From contig JAXOVD010000001.1 of the NCBI GenBank assembly GCA_036937365.1, forward strand, positions 1 to 45,514: 45,514 bases of DNA, given 5' to 3'. This DNA comes from Alphaproteobacteria bacterium. Lineage in GTDB: Bacteria; Pseudomonadota; Alphaproteobacteria; HIMB59. Positions 19,741 to 29,249 of this stretch are shown here, piece by piece (position 1 is the stretch's first letter; every line of letters starts with the position of its first letter). Position numbers and translations under genes: made by a program. The notes beneath the pieces are model-generated. The model ran no database searches. It saw only the letters and a program-made list of their open reading frames with translations, and was not told where the DNA came from.

Positions 19741-20780
19741 GAGTGCTGTCCTATCACCTCAGAGATATTTCTGAAACCCTGTTGTTGAATTAACGCGATT
19801 AGATCTAAGGTAATTCTTTTAATATGAAAAGGTCCTTCATAAGTAAAACTTGAATAAAGTTGAACTAAGGAGGCTCCTAATTTCATTTTCATTAAAATAT
19901 CATTTGCTGTAAATATCCCTCCCACTCCTATTATTTTTATCTTACCAGAAGTTAAGGTATAAAAATCTCTAATTATTTTATTAGATCTATAGAAAAGTGG
20001 CCTCCCACTAATTCCACCATTTATTTCCACTCCAATAGTAGATTTGTCAATTGAAGTATTGGTTAAAATTAATCCGTCAACGTCATTTGCTAGAGAAATT
20101 AAAGCTATGTCTTTCTTTTCTTGCTCAGAAATATCAGGAGATATCTTGAATAAAATAGGTATTTTTGAATTATTTTTATCTCTCAGTTTATGAAGATGAT
20201 TTACAATTTTCTCAAATGATTGTGATTTTAAATTATCTCTCAAACCTGGTGTGTTAGGCGACGATAAATTGATAACAATATAGTCACCGAGTCTATAGAG
20301 ACGATCAAAAAGTTTTTCTAAGTCATTTATGATTTCCTTAGTTTCTTTATTGTTGCCTATATTAATACCTATGATTTTATCTTGAAAATTTTCACTTGAA
20401 TTAGAGTTGACTATATTTCTTTCGAAATGATCTAGCCCTTTGTTATTAAAACCAAGAGAATTAACTAAGGCTTGATGTTGTGGAAAACGAAAAATTCTAG
20501 GTTTGGGATTTCCTTTTTGTGGCAGTGGAGTAACTGTACCGAGTTCTGTAAAACTAAAGCCTAAATTTAGAATAGGTTTAATAACTTCAGCATTTTTATC
20601 AAAACCTGCTGAAAGCCCTATAGGTGTTTGAAATCTCCTTCCCCATATTGTTTGTTCTAGTATATTAGTATTTTTAAAATTAACTTTCGGATAGAGGCCG
20701 AGTTTAAGACCTTGGATTGATAAGTTATGAGCTGTTTCGGGGTTTAAATTTTTTAATATACGATGAGCTAAGCTATACAT
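19737..20780 (-). CDS. pyrD: Quinone-dependent dihydroorotate dehydrogenase (class 2)
   Basis: PETAH, GLSAGFDKN, GTVTP.PQ.GNPKPR.FR, NLSSPNTPGLR, KISPD, GGISG.PL. Confidence 0.97.
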   Translation of the reverse strand: MYSLAHRILKNLNPETAHNLSIQGLKLGLYPKVNFKNTNILEQTIWGRRFQTPIGLSAGFDKNAEVIKPILNLGFSFTELGTVTPLPQKGNPKPRIFRFPQHQALVNSLGFNNKGLDHFERNIVNSNSSENFQDKIIGINIGNNKETKEIINDLEKLFDRLYRLGDYIVINLSSPNTPGLRDNLKSQSFEKIVNHLHKLRDKNNSKIPILFKISPDISEQEKKDIALISLANDVDGLILTNTSIDKSTIGVEINGGISGRPLFYRSNKIIRDFYTLTSGKIKIIGVGGIFTANDILMKMKLGASLVQLYSSFTYEGPFHIKRITLDLIALIQQQGFRNISEVIGQHS

Positions 20781-22317
20781 TAAGCTTTGATTTGAATAGC
20801 TCTAATGATTTATCTTTGGTGTAAATTTTAATAAAAGAACCAAGCCTAGGCCCATTTTCTTGTCCAAAAAATACTTCGTAAATCAGTTTAAAAAAACCTT
20901 TAATTTCATCTTTAAACTGTGAATTTTTACCAACACTAAAAATAGCTGATTGAAAATCATCTGCATCAGCAGTTTGATCAATTTTGTTTATTTCTGAAAT
21001 CACATCTTGAAGTATAATTAATTCCTCAGAGTTTGGAATTTTAAATTTTAATTTAGGCTGAATGAAATCATTAAAGTAATTGATGCCGCATGCTATCATC
21101 CTATTAATATAGTCTAGTTCTATTGCGCTGAATGATGTTTGATAATTTTTGATTAAACCCAAAATTATATTGGGGTCATTTGATTTACAGACAGATATCA
21201 AATTAAGAATTAAGCTATAATTAATTTTTGAATGGTAACCGGGATTATTATTTTTATGAATATGCCAGGTAGGATTGTCTGGCATTTCTTCATCTTGCCA
21301 TTTATTTAAATGAGCCAAATACTCATCAGTATTTTTAGGAATGACATCAAAATATAATTTTTTTGCTGTTGTTGGTCTTTGGTACATAAACATAGCCAAA
21401 CTCTCTTCAATAGAGTATTTTAACCAATCGTCTATGCTAATTCCATTACCTTTGGATTTACTAATTTTTTCTGCGTTTTCATCTAGGAATAACTCATAAA
21501 TTAAATTCTCTGGTGGTGTTGAACCAATTATTCGACAAATTTTTGAAGACAAAACATAACTATCAGTTAGATCTTTTCCGCACATTTCATAATCTACACC
21601 AAAAGCGGCCCATCTCATCGCCCAATCAACTTTCCATTGTAGTTTACAATGGCCATCAAGCACAGACTTAACATGGGTTTTGCCCTCAAAAATATATGAG
21701 ATGGTAAAGTCATCGGTATTTACTTCATTAATTGGGACTTGCAAAATTTTACCTGTTTTTTCATCAATTGGAAAAAATGGGCTATATGTTTTTCTGCGAT
21801 CCTCCCCTAAAGTTGGGAGAACAACGTTTAAAATTTTTTCATAGTTTAAAAGTATTTTTTTTATGGTTTCATTGAAAATACCTGACTTGTACGCTTCAGT
21901 AGAACTCTTAAAAGTAAATGGAAGATTAAATCTATTTAAAAATTCAACTAGTTTAGCATTATTATGTTCTCCAAAACTGTTAAATTTTTCAAAAGGGTCA
22001 GGAACAGAAGTTAAAGGATAATCTAAAAATTTGGATAATTGCTCTTTATTAGGAACATTTTCAGGCACCTTTCTAAAACCGTCCATATCATCTGAAAATG
22101 CTATAAGATCAGTTTCCATACCTGTTAATTTTTCAAAACAAAAACGAACCATATTAGTTCTTAAAACTTCTCCAAAGGTTCCGATATGAGGAAGTCCGGA
22201 AGGGCCATAGCCAGTTTCAAAAATTATTTTCTTTTTTTTTTGATTTGACTCTATTCGTTTTAGAATTTTTTTTGCCTCAACAAAGGGCCATGATTTAAAT
22301 TGGTTATAATCTGTCAA
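20773..22317 (-). CDS. lysS: Lysine-tRNA ligase, class I
   Basis: ETGYGPSGLPHIGTFGE (HIGH-like), KLQWKVDW, KISKSKGNG (KMSKS-like), GPRLG. Confidence 0.97.
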   Translation of the reverse strand: MTDYNQFKSWPFVEAKKILKRIESNQKKKKIIFETGYGPSGLPHIGTFGEVLRTNMVRFCFEKLTGMETDLIAFSDDMDGFRKVPENVPNKEQLSKFLDYPLTSVPDPFEKFNSFGEHNNAKLVEFLNRFNLPFTFKSSTEAYKSGIFNETIKKILLNYEKILNVVLPTLGEDRRKTYSPFFPIDEKTGKILQVPINEVNTDDFTISYIFEGKTHVKSVLDGHCKLQWKVDWAMRWAAFGVDYEMCGKDLTDSYVLSSKICRIIGSTPPENLIYELFLDENAEKISKSKGNGISIDDWLKYSIEESLAMFMYQRPTTAKKLYFDVIPKNTDEYLAHLNKWQDEEMPDNPTWHIHKNNNPGYHSKINYSLILNLISVCKSNDPNIILGLIKNYQTSFSAIELDYINRMIACGINYFNDFIQPKLKFKIPNSEELIILQDVISEINKIDQTADADDFQSAIFSVGKNSQFKDEIKGFFKLIYEVFFGQENGPRLGSFIKIYTKDKSLELFKSKLNV

Positions 22318-22631
22318 AATTTAGGTGCTAAGGTAACATTAATACCATTTAGATCTTCAGTAAAAGGGATTTGGCAGGATAATCTAGAATTTTTCTTTAC
22401 ATCAAAAGCTTGGTCTAACATGGATTCTTCATCATCGTCTGCAGATGCTATTTTAGAGATCCAATCCTCTTGGATATAACAATGACAAGTTGCGCAAGCA
22501 CAGCACCCCCCACAAATAGCTTCGATATCAAGTCCTGCATCACGTATAATTTCCATTAGAGAAAATCCAACTGTTGCTTCAAGTTGATGGTTTTTTCCAT
22601 CATGATCTATAACATTAATAAAATAGGACAT
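22314..22631 (-). CDS. [2Fe-2S] ferredoxin, adrenodoxin/putidaredoxin type
   Basis: CGGCCACATCH and SRLSCQI. Confidence 0.95.
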   Translation of the reverse strand: MSYFINVIDHDGKNHQLEATVGFSLMEIIRDAGLDIEAICGGCCACATCHCYIQEDWISKIASADDDEESMLDQAFDVKKNSRLSCQIPFTEDLNGINVTLAPKF

Positions 22632-22736
22632 TTTGAATTTAAGTAAATTATATCAATTTAATATTTCTGCAATAACTTCTATGCGACTTAAATTACATTA
22701 TAAAGAGTATTCTTTAAGATTATAAATTTAGAATAG

Positions 22737-23756
22737 ATGAATAATTCTTATTCGAGATATATCAATATCTGGTTATTATCACTTGCTACAATCATTTTAT
22801 TTATGATTGCTGTAGGTGGTCTAACGAGGTTAACCGAGTCAGGTCTTTCTATGGTTGATTGGGACCCAATTATGGGAATAATTCCCCCACTCACCGAGAG
22901 TGATTGGGGCATTTTATTTAATCAATATAAACTCTTTCCTGAATATCAAATTAAAAACCAGGGCATGTCATTAAATGAATTTAAATATATCTTCTGGTGG
23001 GAGTATGGTCATCGAGTTCTTGGAAGATTTATTGGAATATTTTTTATAGTTCCTTTTCTTTTCTTTTATATAAAAAAGTGTTTTTCTAATAAAGATTTAT
23101 TCATTTATTTAACTTTGCTTTTTTTAGGGGGAATGCAAGGATTGATTGGATGGTGGATGGTCAAAAGTGGTTTAGATATTAATCCTTATGTTAGTCACTT
23201 TCGATTAGCAGTCCACTTATTAATGGCCCAAATTATATTATCAATAATTGTATTTCTTTTTTTAAAAAGAGTTACTTTGCAAAGTTACAAAAATATAAAC
23301 AATACGCACTCAGCTTTATTTCTAATTTTTTCACTACTTATTTTTACGACTGTAACCTATGGTGCTTTTATGGCTGGATTGGATGCAGGCCAGTCTTACA
23401 ACACATGGCCTAAAATGGGTGATAAATTTTTTCCTGAGGGTCTATTTTTTTTAGAAGATAAATTTTGGGGAGTGTTTGAAAATAGTATTTTTATTCATTT
23501 TTTTCATAGAGGACTGGCTTATCTTTGTGTTGCATTTATTTTAGTTCTTTCAATTTTACATTTCAAAAAGATAGATCTTATATCTCAAAGAAATCATTTT
23601 ATTGCCATAATAACAATTTTATTTATACAAGTGGTTATAGGCATTTATGTTGTACTCAGTAATGTATCAATTTCACTTGGCTCTCTTCATCAAATAGTTG
23701 GTTCCCTTTTGTTTGCTTCAACATTTAGTTACCTTTTTTTAATATTTAGAAGATAA
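22737..23756 (+). CDS. ctaA: Heme A synthase (COX15/CtaA type 2)
   Basis: GGLTRLTESGLS, EYGHR, QG.IGWWMVKSGL, RLAVHL, AGLDAG, HFFHR, LHQ. Confidence 0.96.
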   Translation: MNNSYSRYINIWLLSLATIILFMIAVGGLTRLTESGLSMVDWDPIMGIIPPLTESDWGILFNQYKLFPEYQIKNQGMSLNEFKYIFWWEYGHRVLGRFIGIFFIVPFLFFYIKKCFSNKDLFIYLTLLFLGGMQGLIGWWMVKSGLDINPYVSHFRLAVHLLMAQIILSIIVFLFLKRVTLQSYKNINNTHSALFLIFSLLIFTTVTYGAFMAGLDAGQSYNTWPKMGDKFFPEGLFFLEDKFWGVFENSIFIHFFHRGLAYLCVAFILVLSILHFKKIDLISQRNHFIAIITILFIQVVIGIYVVLSNVSISLGSLHQIVGSLLFASTFSYLFLIFRR

Positions 23757-23778
23757 ATCTAAACTTAATTTTAAAAAG

Positions 23779-23784
23779 TATAAT
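23779..23784 (+). promoter_or_regulatory. Candidate -10 box (TATAAT) for SDR-photolyase-SDR-purEK
   Basis: Perfect TATAAT 5 nt before ATG at 23790. Confidence 0.4.
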
Positions 23785-23789
23785 TAACG

Positions 23790-24494
23790 ATGAGTAAAAT
23801 TCTTATAATTGGAGCAAATGGCGCAGTTGGCAAATCATGTATTAAAAAATTAAAGGATGAAAACGAACTTGTTTTAATATCTAGAAGCAAAGAGCAAGAT
23901 AATGACAATACTTTTGATATTCCAGTAGATACGCTAGATATCAATAATTATGAAGATACTCAAAAATACATTGAATCCATTGATTATGAAATATCAGGTA
24001 TTATTTTTGCATTAGGGTCTATAACTTTAAAGCCTTTTAAGCAAACAACTATCAATGAATTTATTGATGTTATGAATAATAATTTTTTTAATATTGCCAA
24101 TTTTTTACATTGTAGCATTGATAAGTTTTCAGATAACTCCTCTGTTGTTTTTTTTTCCTCTATTGCCGCATCAAGAGGTTTTAAAAACCATACCGCTATA
24201 TCTTCAGCAAAAAGTGCCTTAAAGGGTTTTAGTATCTCTTTAGCGGCCGATTTTGCACCAAAAATTAGATTTAATACAATTTCACCAAGTTTATCCTATT
24301 CTAAAATGTCAAATTTTATAACATCGAATGAAAAAGTTGCTGAAGGATTAGCTAAACTTCATCCAATGTTACGTCTCGGATCAGGAGATGATATTGCTGA
24401 TTTGGCTGCATTTTTGATCTCAAATCAATCATCATGGATTACTGGTCAAAATTTCAATGTTGATGGTGGTAGATCGACACTGATAACAAAATAA
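23790..24494 (+). CDS. Atypical SDR family oxidoreductase
   Basis: IIGANGAVG, FSSIAA, N.ISP, HP..RLG, WITGQ...VDGG; YxxxK replaced by ISSAK. Confidence 0.9.
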   Translation: MSKILIIGANGAVGKSCIKKLKDENELVLISRSKEQDNDNTFDIPVDTLDINNYEDTQKYIESIDYEISGIIFALGSITLKPFKQTTINEFIDVMNNNFFNIANFLHCSIDKFSDNSSVVFFSSIAASRGFKNHTAISSAKSALKGFSISLAADFAPKIRFNTISPSLSYSKMSNFITSNEKVAEGLAKLHPMLRLGSGDDIADLAAFLISNQSSWITGQNFNVDGGRSTLITK

Positions 24495-24500
24495 TTTTCT

Positions 24501-25985
24501 TTGAAAGATGCTTTTTTAATACTTGGTAATCAATTATTTGATCAAAAATACATAAGCCCTTATAAAAAAGATTCTATTTTCTTTATGCAAGAAGATATGG
24601 GTTTATGCACCTACTTCAAACACCATAAGCAAAAAATTTACTACTTTTTAGGATGCATGAGAGAATACCATGAATATCTTAAGAAAAATAAATACAATAT
24701 TACTTATATTGATTTAGAAAAAAATATTAAAGAATTTAAAGATTATTTTGAAGGATTAAGTTTTTTTATAAAAATAAACAATATTAATCGAATAAAACTT
24801 TTTGAAATTGAAGATTATTTATTTCGAAATAAATTTGAAAATTATTGTAAAAAAAATCAAATACCATTTGTATTTATTAGGTCTCCCATGTTTTTACTTC
24901 AAAAAAATGATTATACAATGTTTCAAAATAAAAAAGTTCAGCTTGCTAGCTTTTACAGCAATATAAGAAAAAAATATAAAATTCTCGTAACAAACGATAA
25001 ACCTACTGGAGGAAAATGGAGCTTTGATAATGAAAATAGAAAAAGATTACCAAAAGATTATTTGAAATTTGATATTCCTAGCTTCAAGTCACCATTTTAT
25101 AAAGACATAAGAAAATTAATTGATAAATATTTCAAATCTCACTTTGGGGAAATTAATGAAAATATTCTTTTTCCTTTTAATCATAAGGATACCCAAAAAA
25201 GTTTAGCCTTTTTTTTAAAAAAAAAACTGTCTCACTTTGGTGATTATGAGGATTTTATAAGTTCTGATGATAAATGTATCAATCACAGTCTCTTAAGCGC
25301 TCCTTTAAATATGGGGTTGATTAGCCCTGAAGATATAGTGAATGAAATAAAAAACATTGATCATAATATTCCAGGTCTTAATAATTTAGAGGGTTTTACC
25401 AGACAAATTACAGGTTGGAGAGAGTTTATAAGATTCATGAACTATCAAAATTATGATCAATTTCACCAAAAGAATTTTTTTAATCATCAAAACAAACTTA
25501 AAGAAAATTGGTATGAAGGAACTACTAATATTCCTATTTTAGATGATACAATTATAAATTTAAAGAAATATGGATATGTTCATCATATCCCAAGACTAAT
25601 GGTTTTATCTAATTTGATGAACTTATCAGGTATATCCCCTATTGAGGTATATAAATGGTTTATGGAAACATTTATCGATTCTTCGGACTGGGTAATGACT
25701 CCAAATGTTTTTGGAATGGGTCTATTTAGTGATGGCGGTATATTTGCCACAAAACCATATCTTTGTGGATCAAACTACCTCTTGAAGATGAGCGATTATA
25801 AAAAAGGCGAATGGTCTAATGTGGTTGATGGACTTTATTGGAATTTTATTTTTAATCACAAAGAATATTTTAAAACAAATCATAGGCTTTCAATGATGTA
25901 TCATTCTGTTATAAAAATGGACAAGAAGAAATTGGATAGTCATATAAATAATGCAAGAAATTTTATCCAACAATATACAAAATAA
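24501..25985 (+). CDS. Cryptochrome/photolyase, PhrB/CryB-related bacterial (6-4) photolyase-like
   Basis: LILGNQLF, HHKQKI, P.GGKWSFD.ENR, FGDYED, HSLLS..LN.GL, EGF.RQI.GWREF, HHIPRLMV, WV..PNV.GM, TKPY. Confidence 0.92.
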   Translation: MKDAFLILGNQLFDQKYISPYKKDSIFFMQEDMGLCTYFKHHKQKIYYFLGCMREYHEYLKKNKYNITYIDLEKNIKEFKDYFEGLSFFIKINNINRIKLFEIEDYLFRNKFENYCKKNQIPFVFIRSPMFLLQKNDYTMFQNKKVQLASFYSNIRKKYKILVTNDKPTGGKWSFDNENRKRLPKDYLKFDIPSFKSPFYKDIRKLIDKYFKSHFGEINENILFPFNHKDTQKSLAFFLKKKLSHFGDYEDFISSDDKCINHSLLSAPLNMGLISPEDIVNEIKNIDHNIPGLNNLEGFTRQITGWREFIRFMNYQNYDQFHQKNFFNHQNKLKENWYEGTTNIPILDDTIINLKKYGYVHHIPRLMVLSNLMNLSGISPIEVYKWFMETFIDSSDWVMTPNVFGMGLFSDGGIFATKPYLCGSNYLLKMSDYKKGEWSNVVDGLYWNFIFNHKEYFKTNHRLSMMYHSVIKMDKKKLDSHINNARNFIQQYTK

Positions 25986-26727
25986 AATTATTCTAATTAC
26001 TGGTGCTACCAGTGGAATTGGATATGCTTTATCAAAAGTATATTTAAATAATAATTGGACTGTCATAGGTATTGGAAGAGACCAAACGAAAGTTGAGAAA
26101 TTTATCAACAAATTTCCTCATAATTTTTTTTTCTATAAAGTAGATTTAAATAACTTTCAAAATACAAATAATGTTTTAGATGAAATATTTTCAAAATATA
26201 AAAATATTAACTCATTTATTTTAAATGCCGGGATATATATTCCTGAAAGTTATCAGGATTTTAAATTTATCAACGCCCAAGAAACATTTAATGTTAATGT
26301 TTTAAGTGTTTATCTAATAATAGAAAAAATAAAATTTTTTTTTGATCTAACCTCTACTCATACCATATCCATAATTTCATCAGTGGCTGGTTTTAGAGGT
26401 CTGCCTAAATCTTTTCTCTATGGGCCATCTAAATCAGCATTAATTAATTTAGCTGAAGCTCTCAAAATTGACTTACCCAAGGTTAATATTAAGTTAATCA
26501 ATCCTGGTTTTGTGGAGACACCGGCGACACGCATCAATCAATTCAAAATGCCCTTTCTAATATCTGCTGAAAAAGCAGCAGAAATAATATATTCAAAAAT
26601 TTATAAAAAAGGTTTTGAGATTTCTTTTCCTTTTCCTTTTAATATTTTAATGAAATTTGGTAGAATATTACCTTATAAATTATACTTCAAATTTACTGAC
26701 AGAATTTCAAATAATAATGAAAAATAA
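25951..26727 (+). CDS. Classical SDR family oxidoreductase
   Basis: ITGATSGIG, LNAG, SSVAG, YGPSK, PGFVET; exact start uncertain (35-bp overlap with photolyase). Confidence 0.9.
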   Translation: MQEILSNNIQNKIILITGATSGIGYALSKVYLNNNWTVIGIGRDQTKVEKFINKFPHNFFFYKVDLNNFQNTNNVLDEIFSKYKNINSFILNAGIYIPESYQDFKFINAQETFNVNVLSVYLIIEKIKFFFDLTSTHTISIISSVAGFRGLPKSFLYGPSKSALINLAEALKIDLPKVNIKLINPGFVETPATRINQFKMPFLISAEKAAEIIYSKIYKKGFEISFPFPFNILMKFGRILPYKLYFKFTDRISNNNEK

Positions 26728-27208
26728 CCCCTATAAAGTCGTTATTGCAATGGGAAGTCAAAGTGACTGGAAAACACTCAGTCAAACAAGCTCTATTTTG
26801 ACACAACTTAAAATAAAGCACTTAAAAAAAATAATCTCAGCTCACAGAACACCAAAGAGGTTGTATGAATTTGCTGAGTCAGCCCACCAAGATGGTGTCA
26901 AAGTAATTATTGCAGGTGCAGGAGGTGCTGCCCACCTTCCAGGAATGATAGCAGCAATTACACATATACCCGTGATAGGCGTTCCTATTGAGACAAAAAC
27001 TCTAAAAGGCCTTGATAGTCTTCTCTCTATTGCTCAAATGCCATTCGGTATACCCGTTGGAACTGTTGCGATTGGTGAAAGTGGAGCTAAAAATGCAGCT
27101 TTGTATGCTGGAGCAATTTTGGCCAATCAAGATATTGATCTTGAAAAAAGATTGATTAAATGGAGGGTTTCACAAACCAATAAAGTAAAAAAAAACCCTA
27201 ATCGATGA
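26717..27208 (+). CDS. purE: N5-carboxyaminoimidazole ribonucleotide mutase
   Basis: MGSQSD, SAHRTP, AGAGGAAHLPGM, PVIGVP; start moved to ATG 26717. Confidence 0.97.
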   Translation: MKNNPYKVVIAMGSQSDWKTLSQTSSILTQLKIKHLKKIISAHRTPKRLYEFAESAHQDGVKVIIAGAGGAAHLPGMIAAITHIPVIGVPIETKTLKGLDSLLSIAQMPFGIPVGTVAIGESGAKNAALYAGAILANQDIDLEKRLIKWRVSQTNKVKKNPNR

Positions 27209-28239
27209 AACTCGGGATACTTGGTGGGGGTCAACTTGGCATGATGATATGTCAGGAAGCAAAAAACCTTAATATTTCGACATATATATTTACTGATGTT
27301 GAGGACTCTCCAGCAACGCAGTTTTCTGATAACCATACAATTGCCCCCTATGATGATTTTGAGGCAATAAAAAAATTCACTCAGACCTGCGATGTTATCA
27401 CATTTGAATTTGAAAATATTCCATTCAATACTTTAGATTATATCGTTAAAGAAAGACCAGTTTACCCTCAGCCTCTAGTAAACAATATCATTCAAGATAG
27501 ATTAACTGAAAAAAAATTTATCAATAACTTAAATATTCCAACTGTACCCTATTTGCCAATTAATAACTCAAAACAATTATCATTAATAGATGAGAAATAT
27601 TTTCCAGCGATTTTAAAGACTAGAAGGCTTGGCTATGATGGAAAAGGTCAAACAGTAATAAATACAATTTCAGAAAATATCGATATAGAAACTAATGATT
27701 ATATTTTAGAAAAAAAAATAGATCTCAAAACTGAGATTTCAGTTATTACAGTTCGATATCAAGATAATTCCTTATTCTCTTATAAGCCAATTGAAAATAT
27801 ACATAAAGACCAAATACTTTTCACCTCAACCTCACCCGCTTCTATTCCTCTTGATTTACAAACCAAAGCAATAAATTGGTCTCAGGAAATAATAAAAGCA
27901 TTAGACTATATAGGAGTTATATGTGTTGAATTTTTTATAGATAAAATGAATAATTTATTTGTCAACGAAATAGCACCTCGTGTTCATAATTCAGGACATT
28001 TAACTATTGAGTCATACAACATTAGTCAATTTCAATCACACTTAAGAGCCGTATGTAATTTAAAGCCGATAAAACCAGAAATAAAAAATAATGCACAAAT
28101 GCTTAATTTATTAGGAGAAGACATTTTTAAATATAGAGGGCAATCAAAGATTGAAAAAAATTTATATTTTCACGACTATTTTAAAAAAGAGGCTAAAAAA
28201 GGCCGTAAAATGGGACATATCACAAAAATTATAAGCTAG
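27205..28239 (+). CDS. purK: N5-carboxyaminoimidazole ribonucleotide synthase
   Basis: GILGGGQLG.M, TFEFEN, GYDGKGQ, NEIAPRVHNSGH, GRKMGH. Confidence 0.97.
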   Translation: MKLGILGGGQLGMMICQEAKNLNISTYIFTDVEDSPATQFSDNHTIAPYDDFEAIKKFTQTCDVITFEFENIPFNTLDYIVKERPVYPQPLVNNIIQDRLTEKKFINNLNIPTVPYLPINNSKQLSLIDEKYFPAILKTRRLGYDGKGQTVINTISENIDIETNDYILEKKIDLKTEISVITVRYQDNSLFSYKPIENIHKDQILFTSTSPASIPLDLQTKAINWSQEIIKALDYIGVICVEFFIDKMNNLFVNEIAPRVHNSGHLTIESYNISQFQSHLRAVCNLKPIKPEIKNNAQMLNLLGEDIFKYRGQSKIEKNLYFHDYFKKEAKKGRKMGHITKIIS

Positions 28240-29249
28240 ACCGGTCTCCAGTGATTTTTATAAAAATTATAGTTAATTAAGAAATCATTTTTATATTTTG
28301 AAAATTTTTTAAATTTATAATTAGTATCTTTTTTATAAGTTATTTTTTCTTTCTTGTAATCTAATTCATAATGTTCGTTACCATTCACAGTCAAAAATTT
28401 ATCAAGATTTGATAATTTTTTATTCTTAACAAAAAACTCAATAATATTTGAAATAGAATACTTTGTAGAATAAACACCCGCACAGCAAAATTCAGTAAAT
28501 TTTTTAGATTTCAAATGAGGAGCAGAGTCGGAACCAAAGAAAAACTTTTTATGACCAGATAATACAATTTTCTGAAGTGCTTCTTGATGTTTAAAATTTT
28601 TAATAATTGGTTTACAAAAAAGTTCAGGCTTAAGATGATTGCCAAAAAAAGTATAAGTATTTTCTAATAAATGATGAGTGGTAACTGTAGCTCCGATTAA
28701 ATTGTGTTGTTTTACAAAATCAATAGAGTCTTTAGTGGTAATATGCTCTAAAGTAATCTTCAGGTTAGTAAAGTTTTTTCTTATCCAATTTAAATCATTA
28801 TCAAGAAATTTTTTTTCTCGCTCAAATGGATCATCATTTAATTGAATATGCTCTCCATGGATACAAAGAGGAATATTATTTTTTTCCAAAAATTCAAAAA
28901 ATTTTGACATTTTTTTTACATCATTAACGCCAAATCTAGAATTAGTCGTTGCATTTTGGGGGTATAATTTAACTGAAAAGAATAATTCCTTATTTTTCAT
29001 TTCAGTAAGATCTTTAATTGAACAATTTTGGTTTAGGTAAATTGTAAAAAGTATCTCTAAATTTTTGTTATTTTTTAAGAGAAAATTTCGATATCTGTTT
29101 AGTAAGTTACTATTAGTGATAGGGATATTTAAATTTGGCATAACCAATATCTTTTGAAAATGTTTTTTATTTTCAGTTAATACCTGACTTGCTAAATCTC
29201 CCTCTCTCAAATGTACGTGGAAATCACAAGGTTTAAAAATTTTTATCAT
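28236..29249 (-). CDS. pyrC: Dihydroorotase, short E. coli-like homodimeric type
   Basis: DFHVHLREG, VMPNL, KLYP..ATTNS, HGE, EHITT, CKP..K, GSDSAPH. Confidence 0.95.
   Translation of the reverse strand: MIKIFKPCDFHVHLREGDLASQVLTENKKHFQKILVMPNLNIPITNSNLLNRYRNFLLKNNKNLEILFTIYLNQNCSIKDLTEMKNKELFFSVKLYPQNATTNSRFGVNDVKKMSKFFEFLEKNNIPLCIHGEHIQLNDDPFEREKKFLDNDLNWIRKNFTNLKITLEHITTKDSIDFVKQHNLIGATVTTHHLLENTYTFFGNHLKPELFCKPIIKNFKHQEALQKIVLSGHKKFFFGSDSAPHLKSKKFTEFCCAGVYSTKYSISNIIEFFVKNKKLSNLDKFLTVNGNEHYELDYKKEKITYKKDTNYKFKKFSKYKNDFLINYNFYKNHWRPV

Noticed and set aside
20773-22317. Class I LysRS as a sign of recent archaeal transfer
   Set aside because: Class I LysRS is well known in many Alphaproteobacteria.
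22632-22736. ncRNA, tRNA or riboswitch in the largest intergenic region
   Set aside because: Very AT-rich with no stable multi-stem structure; the space is accounted for by two divergent promoters.
26657-26716. ORF-track N-terminal extensions of purE (also GT9 to 30204, panB to 35492, apt from 35407, rodA to 37809)
   Set aside because: Extensions overlap neighbouring genes and precede the homologous N-termini; internal ATGs fit better.
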